Source: Octopus vulgaris
Lineage: Eukaryota
NCBI GenBank assembly: GCA_951406725.2
Contig: OX597823.1
Location: 10,850,001 to 10,914,000, forward strand
Direction of reading: 5' to 3'
DNA: 64,000 nucleotides
The number at the start of each line of letters is the position of its first letter. Position 1 is the stretch's first letter. Of the stretch, positions 24,975 through 36,056 are shown piece after piece. Below the pieces are notes generated by a model. That model did not search any database. It had not been told where the DNA came from and was given only the letters and a program-made list of their open reading frames with translations. A program made the position numbers and the translations under genes.

Positions 24975-25489
24975 TTTACTTTTTATTAATATTTTCATTA
25001 ATATTTGTATATATACATTATTATAAATGCAAAGCAACACCACACACACTCCTCGAGGGTTTCAATTCCCATTAAAGTATGTGCGATTCTCTGCTTACTC
25101 ATCTACGGTACTCTACATATTTTCTTTTAATATATTTTAATTAATCAGTTATACAGTGCAGTTCTATACTGTATTTTTATTTATTAAGTATTTTTTTTAG
25201 GCAAGAATTTAGGCAAAATTCTATCACAGAAATAATTAAAATCTAAAATAATATAATACCTATCGGACGCAGAATGTATTAATGTACGCACAGAGAGTGG
25301 ATAAAGAAGTTGTTTCCATGAATAATGGGCTGAAGAATGTGTGTTTGTAAAAAAAAAATGCCCGCAGGTTTTTACATGCAAGCAATTTGACATGGTTTCT
25401 AAATATGAATTTATCTTTCTAACAGAAAGAGATATATCCGTCTTACAGAAGGAGAGCATCAAAGAATGAACGATGCCAAACTTTGGTTG

Positions 25490-25855
25490 GGCAGTACAAA
25501 ATTTAAATGGATGTATAGTTCTAACAGACCACTTCTGCAAAAATATTTAAAACTTAATCGATACCCAGCACTGCAATTCAAATATCCCAGAAAATTTATT
25601 AGCAAGGGACCTGACGCAACAGTAATTGCTCTGTCGCAAGCAAAGGCAGATGCGATGAATTTCCCCAAGTCTATCAATAAAAAGATTCCTCAGAAACAAC
25701 AAGGCTTTCTGATAGATTACATATACGAAGATATCGTAACATTCAGCAGCTTTCGGTCCACTTGAGAAATGGTCAACATGCTTATTTAACGCAAATAACT
25801 GCTGTGCAGTAAGTCCAGATCCAAGGGAAACAACGCCTACAGCTATTTTATAAGC
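25490..25855 (+). pseudogene. Decayed Helitron Rep/helicase fragment (mirror copy ~31715-32075 on minus strand)
   Basis: Frameshifted peptides KIFK..CNS..KYPRKFISKGPDA, IQQLSVHLRNGQHAYLT and PRETTPTAIF match, in order, Helitron motifs CNSVKSIKY.CKY.NKG.D, L.VHLENGQRVYF and TTLTAFF. Confidence 0.7.
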
Positions 25856-26075
25856 CAGCCCTAACCCTGACTATATATTGGTGTAGCATCAGAGTCTTTC
25901 CTACTATTCAGGAAACAGCGATGGCGACTACGAAAGTGCTTTTGATGAAGGCCGATTTAGCACCAATTTTGACAGTAGCCACACTGAAGACATTACAAGC
26001 GCTTCTTTCTTCGATTTCCAACCCATTAAGTGGAGGTTCCTGTTCAAGATCTTTGAAGAGGGAGAGGCAAAATAT

Positions 26076-26478
26076 ATATTCTTTCCTACTCTTGGCACAA
26101 AGCCCGAAATTTTGGGGGAGGAGGCTAGTCGGTTAGATTGACTCCAGTACGCAACTGGTTCTTAATTTATCGACCCCGAAAGAATGAAAGGTAAAGTCGA
26201 CCTCGGCGGAATTTGAATTCAGAATGTAACGGCAGACGAAATACCTATTTCTTTGCTACCCACAAGGGGCTAAACACAGAGAGGACAAACAAGGACAGAC
26301 AAACGGATTAAGTCGATTACATCGACCCCGGTGTGTAACTGGTACTTAATTTATCAACCCCGAAAGGATGAAAGGCAAAAATGGCCTCGATGGAGTTTGA
26401 ATTCAGAACGTAACGGCAGACGAAATACGGCTACGCATTTCGCCCGGCGTGCTAACGTTTCTGCCAGCTTGCCGCTTT
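26076..26478 (-). mobile_element. Composite SINE family A (full unit plus headless body of an alternative-tail subfamily)
   Basis: Junction GAAATAG|GTATTTCGTC; TSD AGGCAAAATA on both sides. Confidence 0.8.
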
Positions 26479-27132
26479 AAAGGCAAAATAAATATTGCTT
26501 GACAATCAAACTGACATTTCAGGCCTATCTAGCTTGATTAGAACAGTCCTGAGTAAAACACTTGCCAATATAATTCTTTTAATGCGAAAAGATATTTCAA
26601 GAGAAAACGATCACGATGACGACAAGAATCATTGGAGGGGAGATAGAAATATACATATACACATACATACAGACACTATAAATTGGTGGGCAGGGATTTC
26701 TTTTTAAATGCTTGAAGATTACCACGTGTTTCAAATGAATACAACAGCGTTCCTAAATAACAAAGGAAAATCGTCACAACTTTGCACTGTTTTTTAGAAT
26801 TGACATACAAGAACATGAGTATTATGAAGGAATCTGATTATAAAAAGCTTCTGAAAAGTCGTGAATGATTCAGATTGCTGCGATTGAGTAACTTCTCAAG
26901 TCTGTTGTTCAGGATGGAGAAGGAAATATTTAGCGATTGAGAGTTGTTCATTCTTCTACTCTAAACTAACACTTGTTAGCAATCTTGTAGCAAATATAAA
27001 TTAGCCTCCTCACATCAGAAAGCCCCGAAAAATCAGGAAAGTTTGTTGTCTCTAGCATTGCTTCAGACTGAAACTGGAACCAAAAGTGACGATATGGATG
27101 TAGGTGTATCGTCAAAAGTAACCGCTGATTGT

Positions 27133-27177
27133 CACACGCTGATGACGGATCAATACCCAGAAACTCGAGTCCGTGTG
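27133..27177 (+). ncRNA. Minimal type I hammerhead ribozyme-like motif
   Basis: CACACG-CTGATGA-cGGaT(caat)AcCCa-GAAA-CTCGAG-TC-CGTGTG: 6-bp helix I, intact core, 8-nt palindrome ACTCGAGT, GUC triplet; helix II imperfect. Confidence 0.75.
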
Positions 27178-27599
27178 TATCATAGGTTGAAGACGGGAAG
27201 GATGGCTTCCCTTTGCAAATACTGATAGGGCACAGAAAGTGTGTTAATAGCCAGCTGGAAGAGGTGTCCTCCTGGGGCTACAAGCTACAGTAGCATCCAC
27301 CCTTAGGGGTTAGCCATAGTCAAGTGGCAAATATACTTCACGATGTCGTGCAACTACAGTTTATACCTCGCTCAGAGATTTACTATTGCTTTCAAAACTA
27401 AGAATGTTATTGATTTAAGATGAAACTCAAAATTATTCATATAAACGGTCAACGGTGTGCTCAAAGCATTTTGTATAATTACTATAATTTCATTTCCATA
27501 AATGTTTACTTATTTCGGTATTGTTTTGCTTGTGAATGTATTAATAATAGTTTTAGGAGTTTCGTATGTGTTTATATATATAACTCTTTTTCATTTGGC

Positions 27600-27755
27600 A
27601 TAAAACAAACTTCTTAAATGCAAGTTAGAATTACGATACCGTGTTTCTAGTTTGATTACCATAATAGGATTCGGCTAGAATTGTAAAGAATACTGGATAT
27701 ATGGGCGTCAATTATTGATTTGCTCTGGGCGCCACCGACCCTAGATACGCCTCTG
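27600..27755. mobile_element. Possible hAT-like transposon end
   Basis: Ends GCTCTGGGCGCC...CTAGATACGCCTCTG (CAGAGGCGTA terminus with GC-rich subterminal motif); partner end not found. Confidence 0.3.
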
Positions 27756-28741
27756 TTTTTAAGTGATGTAAACAGCTTCGGATAAAAGACATTAGTATGG
27801 CCTTGTGAAATCCTATACTAAAAGATATCTCATTATTTACCATATGTTTGGTTGAAATCTTCAATTGTATGACAATAGCCGTGTAATAGTCTTTATATTG
27901 CTTATTTTCATCATTTTATTTCCATTTTAATCACTCGATCAATAACACAAAATTAAATGCGCTCTCCTTTTTTGTCTGTTTACTCTCTCTCCTCTCTCTC
28001 GTTCTCTCTGTCCATTTCTCCTTCTCTCAATCATTAAACATCTTTTTCCCTTTTTTATATCCACATCTCTTTCTAAAATTCTGTGATCATAATTTCGACA
28101 AGTTCCTTTAAACTTTTAATCTAATCTTTAGACTAAATGTCAAGAACATGGTGATATTTCATTGTGTTGCGTAAACATAGAAAAACAAATGTCATCTGTC
28201 AACCATTTATGTGTAACTAATCTTGGTATTTCTGCAGAAGGTACGGAAAACTCAGAACTAATATATACAATACCAATAAAAGAAAAATAATGTTTTTAAA
28301 TATCCACCCCCAATTCCCTAAAATGTAAAAATAAGCAACACAACTCTTTTATCTATAAAGAAAATAAACAAGCATAATATATCATAAAAAATAATGAACG
28401 TATTACTTGTTATTGTCAATAAAATTTTTATAATCAATAAAGTCACATTACTATATCTCCAAGATGTTTCCTATTTCAATAATATCATTTTTTTACTTCC
28501 ACTTCGATAAATATTTTGAAAATGTCACAGCAATTTTAGAATTAAAATCAAATTTCCAATAAAAAAAAGTGAAAGAAAAAATTAATAGAACAGTTAATGG
28601 CTATCATCCTATTTAAGTGCATACTTTTCTAATATTATACATTATAAATCTCTTATACATAAATACACAAATGCATGCATGTATATACACAGACACATAT
28701 ATATGTATATATACAGATATATGCATTTATATATATATATA

Positions 28742-28780
<39 letters not shown>

Positions 28781-28884
28781 TTACATACATATATATCTAT
28801 ACACACATATATCTATATGCATTACCTACCTAGATATGTATGTATGCATGTATGTACGTATGTATCGATCTATCTATCCATTTA

Positions 28885-28954
<70 letters not shown>

Positions 28955-28956
<2 letters not shown>

Positions 28957-29165
28957 TAATCCAAACAAGAAAACACAGAAAAAAAGAGATAAAAAACACA
29001 GCAACGCAGGACGTGGAACAATTAAAGTATTATTGACGCTCAGGAAAGAAGGGAAGGAGGGTTTAACGTTTCGAGCGGAGCTCTTCGTCGGAAACAAGGA
29101 GAAGGAAAGATCCCAAGAAGGGAAGACAGAGGAAAAAATATTTGAGCTGGTGGTGCTCAATAGAT
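28955..29165 (-). mobile_element. ~200-bp hammerhead-bearing short element between two (TA)n tracts
   Basis: Minus strand GTTT-CCGACGA-a-GAGC(tcc)GCTC-GAAA-CG-TT-AAAC at 29061-29095 (U4C variant). Confidence 0.7.
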
Positions 29166-29166
29166 C

Positions 29167-29233
<67 letters not shown>

Positions 29234-29272
29234 AAAGTACGTATATTGTAACAGTTATTCGTCATTAATTAT

Positions 29273-30923
29273 TGTAGTATCGTCACTATTTATCACAATA
29301 CTTGTTTACTCTATAACCGTGTAGTAACAATAAAACATATAACGAAGCAGGGTTAAAACAACGTAACAAACCAACAAACTCTCCACGAATTTTACACGAA
29401 CCGACAAACTCCCAAAACGACACCTTACGACACCCTGCGATTAACGCTGTCTGTCTCTCACTCAGACCGTTACTATTTATAGGTCGTTCGGTCGGTCAAG
29501 TCTATTTTCAGAGGGGGTGTCGTGGCTCTCGACACAACATCTCCCCTTTTGAGATTTCGACTTCCGTAGGAAACGAAATTTATTTTATTATTTATTATTC
29601 TTTCTTTCCAACACCTTTCCCTTTTTGAAATTTTGCTTCCCTAGGTATTTCAGTATCTTTTCCGGTTAGGAATTATTTCTATATGTTCAGTCTGTTTACG
29701 TTTTCTGTTACTGCTCCTTCTAGGCCCAATCTCTTTCGCTACTGGCACATCGAACATATTGGAATTTCCTTCCTTTCTGCCGTATGTCCGGTATTTAATT
29801 GATCTAGGTGTCGTTTATGCTCTTTTCATTGGCCTTTTATTAAGTACATCATGTTTCCAATACTTCTAGTCACTACACCATCCTACCAACTCTCTTTGGT
29901 TGGCATCCTTTTTGTCTCGGGAGACAATGGAGTTGCGCATAAAGTAGTCTAGTCCGGCTTTTACATTTCATGTGAGACTTGGAAGTGAGACTTGGACGCT
30001 ATACACACGCCAAGAGCGTCGCCTAAACATCTTTCACCTGCGCTGCCTCCGGAAAATCCTCCGCATCAAATGGCAGAACCATATCCCCAACAAAGATGCC
30101 CTCAGGCAAGCAGGAATACCAAGCATGTTTGCACTCTTCACACAAAGACGTATGAGATGGCTTGGGCATGTTAGCCGTATGAAAGATGGCAGAATCCCCA
30201 AGGACAACTCTCTTTACCGTTCTTTTATACTTTGAAATGAACTTTGTCTCAGACAACAAAATGTTCAATTGAATTTTTCTGTATTTTCTATATACGCTTT
30301 TTCCTTTGCCAACAATTTGTCGAAGATCGATTTAATCTTTCGAGGGAACATTAGCTCTGCAGGTGATTTGCCTGAACTGAGACTCGGATTGGGTGTTATT
30401 CTGAACACCCTTAAGAATTTAGTTAATGCTTCGTCATTTCCTAACTCTCTCTTTGCTTTTTTTTAGCGCTCTCTTGAAATTATCTAGGAAGCGTTCTGCT
30501 CGTTCATTTAACCTCGGGTGGTTGGGCGGGGTAAACATGTACTTGATTGCATGCATTTTGCAGAATTTCTTGAACTCGTATTCTGTAAATTGTGTTCCAT
30601 TGTCCGATACTATGATGTCGGGAACATTGTATCGAGCATAGACTTCATGCAGGAACTGTAGTGTTGCTTTCGAGGTAGGTTGCCTGCACCTACATACTTG
30701 CAGCCACTTGGTAAAGCTATCAAAATTGATCGACTAGTACGCGCCATTCACTTGTTATGTACCGTGGACCACTGACTATCCGTTTCAGGCCACGATTGGT
30801 ATTTCACTGGTGGTGCCTTGGCTGCTAGCGCACAACCTCTACTTGATTTTACCAAATTTTCAATGTCCCTGTCCATAGTCGGCAAGTACATGTAAATCCT
30901 CGTCAAAGCTTTAATTCTTGACA
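29273..30923 (-). mobile_element. Gypsy (Mag/K02A2.6-like) LTR retrotransposon 3' portion: integrase relic, polypurine tract and 3' LTR
   Basis: Integrase peptides GMSRIKAL...DRDIENLVKS..GC, ARYNVPDIIVSDNGTQFT, TPPNHPRLNERAERF. Polypurine tract AAAAGGGGAGA (29540-29550) abuts LTR start TGTTGTG; LTR ~29273-29539 contains TATAAATA. Confidence 0.8.
29975..30207 (+). pseudogene. Internal fragment of an RTE LINE ORF embedded in the Gypsy relic
   Basis: GSETWTLYTRQERRLNIFHLRCLRKILRIKWQ...QRRMRWLGHVSRMKDGRIPKD, the typical RTE post-RT region, without stops. Confidence 0.85.
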
Positions 30924-32265
30924 TCCCCTCCAATGATTCTTGTCGTCATCGTGATCGTTTTCTCTTGAAATATATTTTCGCATTAAAAGAATTATACTGG
31001 CAAGTGTTTTACTCAGGACAGTTCTAATCAAGCTAGATAGGCCTGAAATGTCAGTTTGATTGTCAAGCAATATTTATTTTGCCTTTAAAGCGGCGAGCTG
31101 GCAGAAACTTTAGCACGCCGGGCGAAATGCGTAGCCGTATTTCGGCTGCCGTTACGTTCTGAGTTCAAATTCCGCCGAGGTCGACTTTGCCTTTCATCCT
31201 TTCGGGGTTGGATAAATTAAGTACCAGTTACGCACTGGGGTCGATCTAATCGACTTATCCGTTTGTCTGTCCTTGTTTGTCCTCTCTGTGTTTATCCCCT
31301 TGTAGGAAACAAAGAAATAGGTATTTCGTCAGCCGTTACGTTCTGAATTCAAATTCAGCCGAGGTCGACTTTGCCTTTCATTCTTTCGGGGTCGATAAAT
31401 TAAGAACCAGTTGCGTACTGGAGTCAATCTAATCGACTAGCCGCCTCCCCCAAAATTTCGGGCTTTGTGCCAAGAGTAGGAAAGAATATATATTTTGCCT
31501 CTCCCTCTTCAAAGATCTTGAACAGGAACCTCCACTTAATGGGTTGGAAATCGAAGAAAGAAGCGTTTGTAATGTCTTCAGTGTAGCTATTGTCAAAATT
31601 GGTGCTAAATCGGCCTTCATCAAAAGCACTTTCGTAGTCACCATCGCTGTTTCCTGAATAGTAGGAATGACTCTGATGCTACAGAAATATATAGTCAGGG
31701 TTAGGGCTGGCTTATAAAATAGCTGTAGGCGTTGTTTCCCTTGGATCTGGACTTACTGCACAGCAGTTATTTGCGTTAAATAAGCATGTTGACCATTTCT
31801 CAAGTGGACCGAAAGCTGCTGAATGTTACGATATCTTCGTATATGTAATCTATCAGAAAGCCTTGTTGTTTCTGAGGAATTTTTTTATTGATAGACTTGG
31901 GGAAATTCATCGCATCTGCCTTTGCTTGCGACGGAACAATTACTGTTGCGTCAGGTCCCTTGCTCATAAATTTTCTGGGATATTTGAATTGCAGTGCTGG
32001 GTATTGATTAAGTTTTAAATATTTTTGCAGAAGTGGTCTGCTAGAACTATACACCCATTTAAATTTTGTACTGCCCAACCAAAGTTTGGCATCGTTCATT
32101 CTTCGATGCTCTCCTTCTGTAAGACGGATATATCTCTTTCTGTTAGAAGGATAAATTCATATTTAGAAACCATGTCAAATTGCTTGCATGTAAAAACCTG
32201 CGGGCATTTTTTTTTTTTACAAACACACATTCTTCAGCCCATTATTCATGGAAACAACTTCTATA
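30924..32265 (-). repeat. Right arm of 1.34-kb inverted duplication (contains composite SINE A at 31088-31490)
   Basis: Mirror of 25302-26641; truncates the Gypsy integrase. Confidence 0.95.
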
Positions 32266-32721
32266 GCGGGGTTTTTTCCAGAAACTACATTTAGTTGTGA
32301 CCGTAATCTGAACGGGCATCCACGAAATTAGTGTTCCCGTTCAAATTAATTAAAATTGCTGTTATGTGAAGTCAGTATGTGACACTGGGTTTTCACCTTA
32401 ATCAGCTCTTCATTAATCAAGACTTCTGCTTTCACTTTCAATTTCATACAGAAATCTAGAGGAAAAGGGAAAGAAGATCAAAATGAAGGAGGTGCCAAAA
32501 GTATTAAAGTGGGAGTGAGATAAAGAAAAAGATACGAGAAATAGAGAGTGACAGAGTTAGAGAGAGAGAGAGGGAGAGAGGGGGGAGAGAGAGATGCCGG
32601 AGATTTAGCGATAAGAAAGTAGAAAATGCAATGAGACTGAGAAACAGATGGACAAAAAGAAGAAAAAGCGAAGCAATAGAAGTAGGAAAGCTTTTAGTCA
32701 GGAAAAGGAAGAGGTATACAA

Positions 32722-32740
32722 AAATAATAATAATAATAAC

Positions 32741-32805
<65 letters not shown>

Positions 32806-32815
32806 CAATAATAAT
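32722..32815. repeat. (AAT)n microsatellite (second tract at 33137-33223)
   Basis: Direct reading. Confidence 0.95.
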
Positions 32816-33135
32816 CGTAGGAGCACTAATAATGATCAATAATAACAACCGAAAATTATAATGAGAATGATCCCTGGCTTATTCTGCTCATCCCTGCAAT
32901 TTGCTTGTCAAGTGCAAAAGTATGTCTTAACTGGTACATCACACGTATTGAGAAGAGCATTGTCGAAGTGAGAACTGTTGCTGCTCATGTATTTTAATTT
33001 AACTTTAAAAAAAAAAAAGAACGAACTATTGAGTTTGGTTTAATGGCCTACCAATGTATACTATGAGTTTCTTTGTCCTAGGAGTCGGGAAGACACTCGG
33101 CAAGAAATGGAAGCAAATTTGAAAGAGGAAAAAAA

Positions 33136-33217
<82 letters not shown>

Positions 33218-33408
33218 TAATAATATACACTGATTCAACTCTGTGGTGTCAGCTACGGGTTGTGATGCTATATCAAACTGAGAGAGGTGTAGATAACTAC
33301 ACACACACACACAAACTTTCTCAAAATTATAATGCATTTACATATATGTATGTATGTGTGTGTAAATATATGAACGAATATATGTACGTATGTATATATA
33401 TATATAAC

Positions 33409-33586
33409 GGGAATGTTTACGAAAATAAACAAAAGACGAAGGCAGGTGGAGTACAAACAAACAAATGTATTAGTATGGCGCTCAGGAATAGAAATAAAAC
33501 AAGTCTTTTACGTTTCGAGCCTACGCTCTTCGACAGAAAGATACACAGAAAAGAAACAAGAAGAGAAAAAAATGCGTTTAGGAGCT
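33409..33586 (-). mobile_element. Related short element with hammerhead-like motif, between (TA)n tracts
   Basis: Minus strand TCTTT-CTGTCGA-a-GAGC(gtag)GCTC-GAAA-CG-TA-AAAGA at 33504-33541 (A6U core change); shares CGCTCAGGAA with the 28955 element. Confidence 0.6.
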
Positions 33587-33609
33587 AATATATATGCATA
33601 TATATTCAG

Positions 33610-33656
<47 letters not shown>

Positions 33657-34139
33657 GAGAGGAGAGAGAGAGGGAGAGAGAGAGAGAGAGAAGAGGGGAG
33701 AGAGAGAGAGAAACTATTTTCAATCAATTGACTTTTATCACCGGACTGTTTCACCATGCATCTTTCTATAATTTTAGTTTTTCTTTGCGCAAATTGGCAA
33801 CTCGAATGAAAAGATAAAAGAGAAAGGAACTATTTAAATCTATATTATGCTGTAATATAATTATAATTCTTCTTTATCATTTAACTTCATTACTCAATTT
33901 AAGTTTATTATCTAAATTTTATAGTTTCGTATTATTTACTTTTATTTATGTATGATTAAATAAAAAGTAAACCACGACTTTATGAGCCACTTTAAAAATA
34001 TCGAACAAAACAAATGCCACAATTGTCATTTGCGGCTTCGTTATAAGCCGTTTTTCTAATACCCCAATCTTAGCGGTATTTTATTATTCAATTTGGAACT
34101 TTGATATATACATAAACATGGATGCGTTTGATATATAAA

Positions 34140-34256
34140 CATGTGCGTGTGTGTGTGTGTGCTTGTGTGTGTGTGAGTATGTGTGTGAGTGTGTGTGAGT
34201 GTGTGTATGGGTGTGTGTGCGTACAGAGAGGGAGAGAGAGAAAGAGAGGGATTTAT

Positions 34257-34305
<49 letters not shown>

Positions 34306-34502
34306 TGTGGGTGTGAGTATGTGTGTGTGTGAGTGTGTGTATGGGTGTGTGTGCGTACAGAGAGGGAGAGAGAGAAAGAGAGAGATTTATGTGTGAGTGT
34401 GTGTGTGTGTGTGTGTGCTTGTGGGTTTGAGTATGTGTTTGTGAGTGTGTGTATGGGTGTGTGTGCGTACAGAGAGGGAGAGAGAGAAAGAGAGAGATTT
34501 AT

Positions 34503-34533
<31 letters not shown>

Positions 34534-34630
34534 CTTGTGAGTTTGAGTATGTGTGTGTGAGTGTGTGTATGGGTGTGTGTGCGTACAGAGAGGGAGAGAG
34601 AGAAAGAGAGAGATTTATGTGTGAGAGTGT
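34140..34630. repeat. Minisatellite, four ~110-135-bp units built from (TG)n and (AG)n
   Basis: GTGTATGGGTGTGTGTGCGTACAGAGAGGGAGAGAGAGAAAGAGAG..ATTTATGTGTGAG repeated four times. Confidence 0.95.
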
Positions 34631-34688
34631 TTTTACTCGAACATATATACACACACATATACACACATGCACACACACATACAAACAT

Positions 34689-34733
<45 letters not shown>

Positions 34734-34992
34734 TATTCATGCTAATGTGTGTGTGTGGCGGGCTTGTGTGAGCATTTGTATACAGAGAGAGAACGAAAGA
34801 GTGTAACAGAGATAGTTACATCTTCATTTTCAAAAAGGATATATTTTAAATGGAAATATAAATCCATGATCTAAAATAGTAACCCGTAAAATTTGGCACC
34901 TGTGGTCCGTACTCTACCTGCCGAATTCTAGAAACCTTACAGCTTAATTTATAACTTTGGCACAATGTTCTACTTCGGTGTGTCGAATCGAA

Positions 34993-35443
34993 GGATCTTT
35001 TCGATTTGAAAGGCAGTTTTATTTAGCGGTGTCATATGAAATTGTCACCCATAATTTTTACCCTAGTAACGATCTGTTGCATTTCAATCTGTTTTAGGGT
35101 TAGGGTTAGTCAGGGTTAGTTACGGTTAGTTACGGTTAGGGTTAGGGTTAGAATTAGGGGTGGGGGGAAGGTATCTTTTTTTCTTCACAAATGTAAATAA
35201 ACCCAATCTGTTTCTTAAACGAGACGGCACAGAATGTTTTTACCTCAATACACGTAAGTGATTGGTTGAAATTGCAGAAATTGAAGAAAAAAGACAACAA
35301 ATATCTTGCAAACTATAGAATTTTCTCAATAAAGTCAACAGAAAAAGATGTTTTATAAACACATTCTACCAGTATACGAAGTTTAAAATTTTTTAGTTAC
35401 TTAGAAATTATGTTAAAAACTGCCGTTCAAACCGAAAAGATCC
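34993..35443. mobile_element. MITE with 28-bp TIRs (Merlin-like) carrying internal telomere-like repeats
   Basis: TIR GGATCTTTTCG(A/G)TTTGAA(A/C)GGCAGTTTT; imperfect 8-bp TSD GAATCGAA/GAGTCGAG; degenerate (TTAGGG)n at 35093-35160. Confidence 0.75.
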
Positions 35444-35556
35444 GAGTCGAGTAAATAACTGATACTTTTCTTATTCCCTGTACCTTGATAAGCAAATCTG
35501 CAGAAGTAAAGATCCGTTTGTATTTTCTTGTTTTATTTATTTATATATATATATAT

Positions 35557-35603
<47 letters not shown>

Positions 35604-35801
35604 TTACCCTGCGCGCATAAGCGAAATCAGGGTATTGTAATCAATTGTCTTTGTCTGTCTGTGTGTTTGCAAAATTACTAAAAAAAAGCCGAACGGATTT
35701 TCACCACATTTGATAGAAATACTCATTGGTGAGTGACTCGAAATGATGAAAATTTGGTTTGATTATCTTCAAACATATATAAATACATACATAGATATGT
35801 G

Positions 35802-35841
<40 letters not shown>

Positions 35842-36056
35842 TGTGTTTATGTGTGTATGTGTGTGTGTGTATGAAAAAGAAAGCAAACAAAATGTATTAC
35901 TTATAGAAAATACTAGCAGTATCGCCCGGCGTATAAATACCTATAATGGTGATATTTAAAAAAATAAAATAAAATAAAAAAATAATAATAAAAATCGAAC
36001 TTACAAATTTCTCGATAAGCATATTATTTATATCCTACACCGAACTAAAGTACGTT

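Larger units (their letters stand above)
25302..26641 (+). repeat. Left arm of 1.34-kb inverted duplication (partner 30924-32265)
   Basis: The reverse complement aligns over the whole length with scattered substitutions; near-identical ORFs at 25466+/32099- and 25921+/31644-. Confidence 0.95.

Noticed and set aside
25302-32265. Single giant-TIR transposon (Polinton/foldback)
   Set aside because: No TSD, no characteristic termini and no intact internal genes; arms consist of older TE debris.
35093-35160. True telomere or chromosome-fusion scar
   Set aside because: Short, degenerate and enclosed by MITE TIRs.
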